A stretch of 62,334 nt of DNA, the filler included. It is 11 parts of 11 records of this genome, joined end to end, with 100 filler letters (N's around TTAATTAATTAA, not from the genome) between each part and the next. Parts side by side here need not be neighbours in the genome. Positions count along the whole stretch, not along the records: positions 41,647 to 51,094 come from SRR7504441_3882; positions 51,195 to 55,336 come from SRR7504441_3898; positions 55,437 to 59,203 come from SRR7504441_3953; positions 59,304 to 62,334 come from SRR7504441_3971; 7 more parts are not named here. The stretch is one strand, 5' to 3'. Below, in pieces: positions 49,871-59,414 of this stretch. The position numbers and the translations under genes are program-made. The notes below the pieces were generated by a model that saw nothing but the letters and a program-made list of their open reading frames with translations, did not search any database and was not told where the DNA came from. The stretch's first letter is position 1. Every line of letters begins with the position of its first letter.

Positions 49871-51094
49871 TTAGACTTGCCGTCCATCGGATTCTTCGTC
49901 ACTAAGATCACTCCCATCATCTTGATAGATGCCATCATCGCCATCTGAGATTTCGTCGTTGGAAACATCCTCAATCATCCGGCGATGGTCAGCAAGTCCG
50001 TTATGAAGATCTTCATCCAGGGCATCATTGTTCTCAGGCGTCATCTTGCAGTTCTCTTCAATCATGCCTAAGCCACTAGAGAATGTTCCACTGAGCCTTC
50101 CTTGCCGCCTCACTCCAATCGGGGTATGCAGGCGGATGTGCTGTTCAATTAGAGCTGCACAGGAGCTATGGCCCTGTGCTTTAGCAAGCTCAATGGCTGT
50201 GAAGCCCTCTGCTTCACGTTGGTCTGTTGCTCCATGTTGCAATAACATTGCTACCACCTCCACACATCCAACCTCTGCTGCACAATGGAGAGCAGTGCGG
50301 CTCTGCACGAAGTCACTTACATTTACTGACTGTGCTGGAGCAGATATGGTGCGCCTTCCATCAATATCTTCAAGAAGTTAGTCACTCCGCTAGCAGCAGT
50401 CAGGTGAGCCGCAGACTGGCCAAATTGATTCTTGCCGCTTACGCCAGCCCCAGCTGAAAACAATTCCATACCGGCCGTGAATTTACTGCAGGACAGAGCA
50501 TAGAGTAGTGGTGTGTCTCCACTTTCGTTCTTTGAGGCATAAATCAGCTCCATAAGCTCACAGTTTTCAATCAACCAAGTGTCCAGCGGCATGTCTTGAG
50601 AGATGATTTCAAAAACTTCCGAAGCCCTCTTACGTTCGCTTTCACTCCAATCAGTCTGATCCAGCTCAACCCAATCAGGTGACTTCGGAGACTCAGGTTG
50701 AGTGCTTGTCTTGTGAACCGAGGCATAGCCCAAGCTTGGAAGCTGAGCTGGCACGTTGTAACACCCTAAACTTCGGAATCGATTAGATCTGTGACCATTA
50801 CTAGATTTTCGCACTCTCGAGGACTTTGGAGACTTACGATGCCTCAACAATTTAGCTTTGGGTGATGCGGTTGAGCGCTGTGGGGATGCACTGGGTGATT
50901 TTGGTAGAAGCCGAGATAGCACATCCATTTTGGGTCGCACATTGTAAACAGCCGCTATGTGTCGCCGACTGCCTCGCAAGCTGGGTGGTTTGGGCTGCCT
51001 GCGATGCTGGCTACCGCTCTGACTCTCTACTGAGCGTCTGGGTGCTTGAAATAGTGTTTTAGATAGCTTCGGCCTCCGCCTTGCTCGCAGCTGC
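49871..51094 (-). CDS. Ankyrin-repeat protein (5' truncated; frame break near 50335-50354)
   Basis: GDTPLLYAL, GQSAAHLTAASG, RTALHCAAEVG, GFTAIELAKAQG. Confidence 0.8.
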
Positions 51095-51232
51095 NNNNNN
51101 NNNNNNNNNNNNNNNNNNNNNNNNNNNNNNNNNNNNNNTTAATTAATTAANNNNNNNNNNNNNNNNNNNNNNNNNNNNNNNNNNNNNNNNNNNNAGTATA
51201 GTTTTAATTAGTACTAAGTCTTGTACATTGAA

Positions 51233-54200
51233 TCACTTGCTTGTACATGCTAGTTCGTTTTTATATAGTCCTCGAGTATAGTCCGGGGATTCAAGTTTTC
51301 CATAGCTCCGTGTTAGCTCCGTGTCCAGTGTACAAGCTTTTCTCGAAATCTCAGAATCCGGGCTGGCAATCAGATCAGGTAGAAATGCCATTAGTTGATC
51401 CGGATACGCCACTCTCCTACTGTTGGGCACCGCACACATGGAATCCTTTCCTGCTATAAGCAGCATCTCCAGCGCACCAACTGCCAGTCCCTGCGCCATC
51501 ATGTGCGTCATCCACCACTCCACATCCTCAAGCAGACTATCTCCTTTCAATGCTCGGTATATATAGTCCACGAGTCCTTTGTTCCATAAACCATGCGCTG
51601 TGTGGGCCGCTGCCATGAACCGTACAACAGCCGGTGCAGCGCTATTGCTGGCAGGACTTAGTGTCAGCCAGGCCGATGACAGGGCCGTTTTTAGCACCGC
51701 GAGTCCAAAGTGCGCCTGCGCCTCAGCAATTGGCCCTTCACTGCTGATAGCAGCCAGTGTCAACTCTTGGCAAATGCTCGAAGCATCGCTGAGTGCCCGC
51801 TTGGCCTGGTGACTGTATGCCTGCTTGGCCTCTTCGGTGATGATGCTGCACGCAAGTTTGGCCTGGTCCTTCCACAGCTCTGTTGTCGTGTTGGCGACGA
51901 GCTTGTGTATCAACTGGATGATTTCCTGCCTGTCCCAACAACGCAGGATAATGTTCATGTCCAATTGCAAAAGCACTCGCATTCCCAGACTTGTCACACA
52001 AAGTGCTTCATGAATGATGTTCCGCAGAACACTAGAGTATTGGCAATCAAAGTCGTTGCCGGACAAGCCAGGGCTGTAGACCGAATCCAGTTTGCGGATG
52101 CCACGCACGACGCAGTGTGCCACCGCCTGCTCATAGTCGTGCTGCAAGGTGCTGCCAAGGCAGTCCATAGCACCACTTTTCTCATTAAACATGAATGGAG
52201 CACTGCTTCGCCTCATTCTGACACAGTTTGAAAGCGGCGAGTGCTCTATATTTACTAGCCTCTCCACCAATTGTGCCAATTCAGCTGGATCAAGAGTCTG
52301 AGCCACAGCAACTGGCGCTGCTTCCCAAATCCGCAGGAAATCTTCATCCGAGATACCAGACTTCAAGTGTGGCCCAAGGAGGCCCTGAATGATCTGCGGA
52401 GCCCATCCAAGAGCATTCACCAGGCTCGGGAGAGTAGAAGCTGGTGTCTCTATTGATGCGCTCGGTATGGCTGGAGGACTAGCAACAAGCTGTGAGACCA
52501 CAGTGAGCGCATCTTGGTACGCATCTTCTCGCAAAAGTCTGATTAGAGCTGGCTTGCTCTGGACAAGAGCCCTCGCCAGAGCGACCAGTTGAATCTGCGA
52601 GTTGTGTGTGTCCAGAAACATTTCCCTGAGCAAACTAGCAGCCAATTGTGGGCGATGAGCCTCGTGTATCTGCCCGATGAAGCGGATCGCGTCACTTGGC
52701 TCTGCCTCTTGGGCGTCACAACTCGACACAATTTGTCTGAGCAGCAACTTTGGCTCTCTAAAGTGGCTCCCTTTTGATAGCACAAAGTGCTTCACAAACT
52801 GGTGGTCTGCACACAGCTCAGTCGCCAGCGTACGGTGCTCGGATGATTGTAGAATGGCTTCGAGCTCCTGCACAAACACCTGCTGCCATGGCATGCACGT
52901 GTGCTCCAGCCATTGCTGCACTGCATCAGCCCCACGGACAGAGATGCGAACCAGCCGATCAGCAAGGATCTCTGAGTTGCCGCTATTGAGCACCAACAAC
53001 TGCAATAGAAGCTTAATTTCAACTCCGTGCCGTACCAGCGATTGCCAGGTACGTGTATTGGCGTGGTCTACCACATGGTGAACGACAACAATCTGGTTCA
53101 TCGTGACCATTAATCGGAGGAATTGTGATGGTATGGCAGAGTCTACAGGCAGGGCTCTAGCACACTGTTCGAATAATTCACCAATCCATACCGCACACCA
53201 GCCATTGTCACAAAGACTAGGGATCGAGCCATGCAGCATTGCATCGAGTATAGCTGCCAGTACTGAAGGTAGGTGTTTGTCCAAGCAAATTGCCACAGCT
53301 TTGAACGTGGAATCCGCACGGTGAGATTTTCCGATGTGCTCTTCGACACTGCCTCGCACCTGACCCAGCACATGTTCGAGCCTGAGCTCACACAGCTTGG
53401 GATGTTTCCCCGAGGTTCGATCTGTCCATTTAAAATTGCCGCACAAGCCAATGAACAATAAGGCAGCAGCACATTCCTGCTGTATCCAAGGCTTTCCAGA
53501 ACCAGCAAGCGTATCAGCAAGGTCCACTGGCTGGGATCCGAGGCAGATGGACTGCACCAGCTTGCCCAGAGAAAGGGGACATTCATGTTTGCTGGGTTCA
53601 GGCCAAGCTTCAGCGGTTGCAATGAACACAAGCACTTGGGTGTAGAGAATACGATCCTCTCCTTGAGGAAGCTGTAAAATCCATTGTGAAATTTTCTCTG
53701 GGTGTGTAAGATTGTACTTCGGCAGTCCTGCAAGTAGCAAGAGGTGTGCGCGAGAGGGATGGCTCACATGCAGTAACGCCTCTCCACAAGCATTTTGCTG
53801 GTCCTGATCGTAGGCCAGGGTCCATTTCAGAACTTGACTGACATTGTCCAGTCTGCTTGATTCAAGCGCCGGCAACGTTGAGCTATTTGCCAGCAAAGCA
53901 GGCCAAGCCTCGGGGCGCACAGCCAGGAGAGACTGTAACCGCTTCACACCAGGCGCCCAACCAGGCCACCTCGCCAAGAGCCCTTGCAGCATGCTGACTA
54001 CCACTTCCTCCTCACAAGGCAGTAGAGTGGCATTTGTCTTCGAGGCATTCATTGCCAACGGCAGCACTTTTAGGAGATGCTCTAGTCTGGCAAACGATCG
54101 AGATCTCTGGAATCCGAGCCGGGCCTGATTAGGTTGCGACAGCTGCTGGACACATTCTGCCAATCGCTCGACTGCAGTGCTGACTTTTGTAAACATCCTA

Positions 54201-55336
54201 TTTTGGCCAATTGGCTCTACAAGACATATTCGGATCAGTAGCTCCACAGCCAGATTCCATCGATGTTGGAGCACGAGGTCAGTCTCCTTTTTGTCGCTGT
54301 CTTCGACAGGCTTACACACGGCTTCAAGGAGAAGGTCAGCCACCTGACTCGGGCCGGCTCGACTCCACTCAACTAGGGAGAGCGTTGCAAGCGCAGCTAT
54401 GTCTTCGAGCTTTTGCTGCGTTATGCTATCAACCGCACTCTCATCTGTGTCCATTTTGGCATTGCAGTGACACAATGGGATCAACACGGACGTCAACAAG
54501 CGGCACTCGTGCTCTTGGGTGACCGATAGCGAGTCCAGCTGACCAAGATGCTCCTTCACAGCAGGTACAAGCGAGAGTTGAGAGAGGTCGCTCAATCTCA
54601 TTCCGGAAGACGGGGAAATCAAAGCAGTCGATCGTTCGCTTACGATTGAGAGCAAAACAGCCATTACTTCTGGAATGTCACACGTCACTGCCCCTTCGAG
54701 TATGTCCCACGCAACACTCTGAGCACTTGAATTTGCTTGTGTTGATGTCGGGAGCAGGTTGTTGACTGCAGCTTTCAGAAGTGCAATCCGTACATCTCGG
54801 TGGGTGTTGGGATGCTTCCACTCGTTTGCCAATATCTCGACGTGCGTGGCAGTTGGCTTCGCTGCAAGCATGCGAATGACTTCTTTGTGTGCTGTGACTT
54901 TGATCGATCTCCGGCGTTCTCCAGACAGCAACTTGGCAAGCAACGGGCCAACCTTATCCGCACTCAGATGCTTCAGGGCCGATGTCACAGCATAGATGGC
55001 TACTCTGGCACGGTCTGAGCCAAGCATGACGGGCTGTACAAGGTAATGGATGGGCGAGAGTGGGTCGCTCACATGCATCAAACCTTTGAGCAGCGTTTCG
55101 AGCACTTGAATAGGCAGAGAGCTGCCTGCTTTCTCAATCAGCCCGACAATATCAGGATAGCTGGTGCTCTCCAAGAGTGTCCAGCGGGCGGCGTGCTTGC
55201 ATCTCAGTTCGATGGGCAAGTCGTTGTTTGCTATTCTCGGGATGTGCTGCTGAGCAAACTGAAGACTCAACTCGAGTGGAAGCCGTCGAGTACCGTAGCA
55301 CAGGGGCAACACAAAGTGATCTAGATGATCAAACAT
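51233..55336 (-). CDS. Large alpha-helical (HEAT/ARM-like) hypothetical protein, 3' part, no introns in 4.1 kb
   Basis: 1367-aa uninterrupted, Leu/Ala-rich ORF starting at the contig edge; motif KVTAHKEVIRML..HRDVRIAL. Confidence 0.75.
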   Translation of the reverse strand: MFDHLDHFVLPLCYGTRRLPLELSLQFAQQHIPRIANNDLPIELRCKHAARWTLLESTSYPDIVGLIEKAGSSLPIQVLETLLKGLMHVSDPLSPIHYLVQPVMLGSDRARVAIYAVTSALKHLSADKVGPLLAKLLSGERRRSIKVTAHKEVIRMLAAKPTATHVEILANEWKHPNTHRDVRIALLKAAVNNLLPTSTQANSSAQSVAWDILEGAVTCDIPEVMAVLLSIVSERSTALISPSSGMRLSDLSQLSLVPAVKEHLGQLDSLSVTQEHECRLLTSVLIPLCHCNAKMDTDESAVDSITQQKLEDIAALATLSLVEWSRAGPSQVADLLLEAVCKPVEDSDKKETDLVLQHRWNLAVELLIRICLVEPIGQNRMFTKVSTAVERLAECVQQLSQPNQARLGFQRSRSFARLEHLLKVLPLAMNASKTNATLLPCEEEVVVSMLQGLLARWPGWAPGVKRLQSLLAVRPEAWPALLANSSTLPALESSRLDNVSQVLKWTLAYDQDQQNACGEALLHVSHPSRAHLLLLAGLPKYNLTHPEKISQWILQLPQGEDRILYTQVLVFIATAEAWPEPSKHECPLSLGKLVQSICLGSQPVDLADTLAGSGKPWIQQECAAALLFIGLCGNFKWTDRTSGKHPKLCELRLEHVLGQVRGSVEEHIGKSHRADSTFKAVAICLDKHLPSVLAAILDAMLHGSIPSLCDNGWCAVWIGELFEQCARALPVDSAIPSQFLRLMVTMNQIVVVHHVVDHANTRTWQSLVRHGVEIKLLLQLLVLNSGNSEILADRLVRISVRGADAVQQWLEHTCMPWQQVFVQELEAILQSSEHRTLATELCADHQFVKHFVLSKGSHFREPKLLLRQIVSSCDAQEAEPSDAIRFIGQIHEAHRPQLAASLLREMFLDTHNSQIQLVALARALVQSKPALIRLLREDAYQDALTVVSQLVASPPAIPSASIETPASTLPSLVNALGWAPQIIQGLLGPHLKSGISDEDFLRIWEAAPVAVAQTLDPAELAQLVERLVNIEHSPLSNCVRMRRSSAPFMFNEKSGAMDCLGSTLQHDYEQAVAHCVVRGIRKLDSVYSPGLSGNDFDCQYSSVLRNIIHEALCVTSLGMRVLLQLDMNIILRCWDRQEIIQLIHKLVANTTTELWKDQAKLACSIITEEAKQAYSHQAKRALSDASSICQELTLAAISSEGPIAEAQAHFGLAVLKTALSSAWLTLSPASNSAAPAVVRFMAAAHTAHGLWNKGLVDYIYRALKGDSLLEDVEWWMTHMMAQGLAVGALEMLLIAGKDSMCAVPNSRRVAYPDQLMAFLPDLIASPDSEISRKACTLDTELTRSYGKLESPDYTRGLYKNELACTSK

Positions 55337-55436
55337 NNNNNNNNNNNNNNNNNNNNNNNNNNNNNNNNNNNNNNNNNNNNTTAATTAATTAANNNNNNNN
55401 NNNNNNNNNNNNNNNNNNNNNNNNNNNNNNNNNNNN

Positions 55437-55496
55437 GGCGAGATCAACGAGGAGGAGTTCTTGAGGATCATGAAGAAGACCTCTTTGTACGATTAG
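55437..55496 (+). CDS. CETN: Centrin, extreme C-terminus
   Basis: GEINEEEFLRIMKKTSLYD* matches the conserved centrin C-terminus. Confidence 0.85.
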   Translation, partial: GEINEEEFLRIMKKTSLYD

Positions 55497-55712
55497 GCGT
55501 AGCTGAGGGCGCGAGGCTGGGCCGGGTCGCACCAAAGGGGGGGCTAGCTTGCGGCAAGTGAATGCCGAGGGGCGAGTCGAGGGGGTAGAGCTGCGGGCTG
55601 TCGCTCATAGGCGCTGCTGCTCGGTCCAAGTAAATCGTTGCGCCTTGCAGACGGAATTGTGCTCTCGCGGCACGGCTTGCAGTCGTATTTTATTCGGACC
55701 CGAGGACTTTCT

Positions 55713-57466
55713 CTATATCCATATGCTGCCCACATCCCACACAGTCGCATTAATCAGCCTCACAGCCCCCTCCCCGATGCTGAATGCCTCATATCCGTTA
55801 AACACGGGCGCTGGGCCGACAAAATCGCAATATACCTGGTCTTGCAGCCTGGCAAGCGGCGCCGTCAGCACTGCCCGGCCGCCTTGGAAAAAGCACTCGA
55901 CCAGCGTCTTGTCCACGAAGCACTGCAGCTCGACTTCGGTCTCCCGCCCGGCCAGCCGCAACGAGCTGCTCGCCACAAACCCGTCGGGTCCCGGATCTCG
56001 AATCGCGGCGGTCGCGGTCCGCTCGCCCCCCGGGCCCCACTCGACAGTAACCACCGCCTCCAGCGCCCGCCGCCGACCGTCCACACCCAGCCCCAGCCCA
56101 AACGTGCCGTTAACCAACGGCGTCAGTTGAAACCGGGCGCAGATTTCACTCTGGTTAGAGCCTCCAAGCCACAGCCCAGCGGCGGCCACCGGCCTGCCGG
56201 CCACACTGGCGGCCACCGCCCGGCGCAAGGCGGCCTGCTCGGGCAGCGCCGAGAACTGGAGCTGCTGCAGCTCAGCGTTGAAGGTCAGCTCCCGGGCTAG
56301 CGACTGGGGCCGGCCGGGTGGGGCGCACAGATTCCCAAAATAGATCCTGCGGCGGTTCGGGGTGTCGTCCAGATCCTTCCCGGCGTACACAACGGACATT
56401 CCGCCCCAGGACTGACCCCGGTCGACCGGTCGGTACCCGCCCGCACTGGGCGTCCAGACGCCGGCGGTGCCCACACTGCCGGGTGTGTAGATTCCAAAGG
56501 CAATGCAGTCGCCGACCCAGCTGGCCGGCATCCCTGTGTCTGCCTGGTCGCACCCGGTCTTATGCACGTGGGTCCATTCAGGCACTCCGGCCGGCGGCTC
56601 CTGGAACCCCTCGGTGGCTCGCGGCAGCTCGAAGAAGCTCGGGCATTCACCCACGGCCGCGATACTGCCGGTGCTGTTGTTAATTAACGGACCCACAGCC
56701 TTCCAGGAGCCCATACCGTCGGTGGAGCTGTACACGTCTGGCCGCCTGCCCGGGCCGCTGTTCATCATCCGCCACTCGCCCGCCGCGCCCTTCCAGGCAC
56801 CGCTGATAGACGAGTCGCCGCCTATGTCTCTCACGAGCGGCTCCGGCTGCTGCGTCCAGACCACCAGGTCGGGATCAGCCAGATCTGCCGGCGCGGCCCG
56901 GCCCAGGTGGGTCTCGGATCCATCGAGCGCAGGGTAGTACAGCCGGGGTACCCCGTCGGCTGGGTGGACGCTGGCCGCGCCTGTGTAGATCGCCTGCAGC
57001 AGACTAGCAGTCAGCCGGATGGCGAGCGGCGGCTGGGCGCCTTGGCGTTCCAGGGCCATGGACCGTTCCAGACGGCCACCGGCAGCCGCCTGTAGTGGAC
57101 CAGATCTTGGGTCACCAGGTGCCCCCACACCGGCCCAGTGCCAGTGCTGCCCATCGGCGTGCCCAGATGTGCCTGGTAGAACAGATGGTACTGCTGGTGC
57201 CGGGCGTCGTACACTGGGGCGCACGGATCGTTCTGGGCGCACGAGCCGTCCAGCGGGTGGAAGCCGGGCCGCTGATACGCCGGGTGGGCCGCTCCGCACG
57301 CCTCGAACCGCCCGGGGCCGCACGGGGCGCGAGGGTAGGGCGGGCCGGCCGACACGGTGCAGCTGACGTTGCAGCACGGCGAGCCCGGACCCCACGGCGC
57401 CCGCGAGCCCGCCGGGCACTCCTGAGCCCCGACCGCCGCCCACAGTGCGAGGACCGCGCCCTTCAT
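55713..57466 (-). CDS. Secreted glycoside hydrolase family 32 (beta-fructosidase-like), one GC-AG intron
   Basis: Signal peptide; QNDPCAP..YHLFYQ..WGHLVTQDLVHY; AIYTG; ECPSFF; YAGKD; C-terminal FVDKTLVECFFQGGR. Intron 56994-57040 joins the two ORFs. Confidence 0.88.
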
Positions 57467-57531
57467 TTACGGAATTTCAACGGACCTGCTCCGGGAAGAC
57501 ACACGGTGAACCACCTCGGCGACAGCTGGGG

Positions 57532-59203
57532 ATGGCCGAGGACGAGCGGCCACCCAACTGGCTGGACGGTGGGGGGTGGCGGTTGGGGGCGAGCCCGGCG
57601 CAGGCTGGAGCTACGCGGTCGGGTACGCCAAATCTAGCCGGTCCAAGTGCAAGGTGAGCAGGCCCACGGGCGGGCGCTGAGCCACCCGCCAGAAGTGCAA
57701 GGAGCCGATCCCAAAGGACCAGCTGAGGGCCGGGCCGGTGGGAGTCGGTTGGTTTCGGTTGATCCGCCGGCAGGTGAGCACCTTCCATGAGCACCCGTCG
57801 GTCCAATGGTGCGGCGGCTGGTGTGGCTGGCCCAGCCTAGGCCCAGGCACCACTTGGGCTGCTGGTCGATTCCCAAGAAGCTCACCGACGTCAACCAGCT
57901 CTGCGGCTTCGCAGGCCTCTCCCCCCGCCCCCGCCCCTGACCGCCCCCGCAGCGCTTTCAGCTGACGACCAAGAGCGCTTCGCCGACAAGCTCCGGGCGA
58001 CCGGCAAGCCGGGGCTCGTCCTCAGGTGGCAACGGACGCCGCCATGGCCCACCAGGCGGGCCAGCCTGACGGACAACCCGAGCCCGGCGGTGGCGGTGGG
58101 GTTTGGAGTATTCTGCGAGCTGTGTGAGCTGGTTTCCAAGGAGTCCGGACAAATCAAAAAGACCGAGCTCGTGGCTGCTGGGCTGGCCCGACTGGCCGGC
58201 CCGGGGCTGCTCGCCATGCTCCGGCTGCTGCTCCCCAAGCAGGACAAGCGGTGTGGCACGTGCTATTTTTAGCTGAGCGCTCGGTAGGAGCTTCTCGTTG
58301 CAGGATCGCGGACTGTGCCACGCGCTGGCTCTCAGCTTCAACAGCTCGCAGGCGGAGATGCTAAGTCACTGCGAGCGCGGGGGCGACGTGGCTGTCACAG
58401 CCGGGTTCTATTTCGAGAAATGGCCCACCAGGCGGAGCAGTGACAGCAATCCCCGGCTCACTCTCTCCGATGCCGAGCGGCTGCTCGAGCAGCTCAGCCT
58501 GGTGACCGAATCCAATGGACGGTAACGGACGGTAACGGACGCAGGTGGGCGACCAGGCCAGCCAGCAGCGGCTGTTGTCCGGGTGGCTGGGTCGGTGTGT
58601 GGATGCGAGCGAGGCAGCGGCTGGGTGTGTGCCACCTCTCAGTAGGAGACAGGTTGTCTACATGATCCGATTAATCAAAAAGGACCTCAAAATCAACGCC
58701 GGGACCAAGGTGGTGCTCCAAGCCCTCGGCCCGGACGCCTACCCCCAATTCCAACGGAAAGCCGACCTCGCGGCGCTGGTCGCCAGCCGTTCACGGAGTG
58801 CCAGCGGTCTGGCCCGGGCGCCGAGCACTGGACTGGTGGTCGGCGTGCCGGTCAAGCCGATGATCGCAGGTAGCACTGGGCGGTGCGGCGGGTGAGCTGT
58901 GCTGCAGCTCAATGCAAATCTGCCGCCGAAGCGCTCAAAAAGTGCCCGAACGGCTCCATCTGCGAGATCAAATACGACGGCGAGCGAGTTCAGGTCAGTT
59001 AGTTTCCGTTAGTTTCAGTTGAGCGGGCGCAGGTGCACAAGCAGGGCGACCAGTTCAGCTATTTCAGCCGAAACCTCAAGCCGGTGCGCTCGATTTTGGA
59101 TTCGAATCTGAATTGTTTTCCAGGTGCAAAAGCACAAATGCGAGCCAATCGAGCGGTTCCTGCCACAAGCGTGCCCACACGGCGACTCGCTGGTGCTCGA
59201 CGC
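57532..59203 (+). CDS. LIG3: DNA ligase III (PARP-type zinc finger + ATP-dependent ligase), 3' truncated
   Basis: YAKSSRSKCKKCKEPIPKDQLR..WHHLGC zinc finger; IRLIKKDLKINAG; PVKPMIA; CEIKYDGERVQVHKQGDQFSYFSRNLKP. Confidence 0.92.
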
Positions 59204-59414
59204 NNNNNNNNNNNNNNNNNNNNNNNNNNNNNNNNNNNNNNNNNNNNTTAATTAATTAANNNNNNNNNNNNNNNNNNNNNNNNNNNNNNNNNNNNNNNNN
59301 NNNGTCCCAAGTACAATCACTACTAAAGTACTCACTACTAAGGTACTGTGATCTACCATAACGTCCGTAACCCGCCAACCGACAAAGCCGGGACCGATCA
59401 ATGGCCTGATCCAC

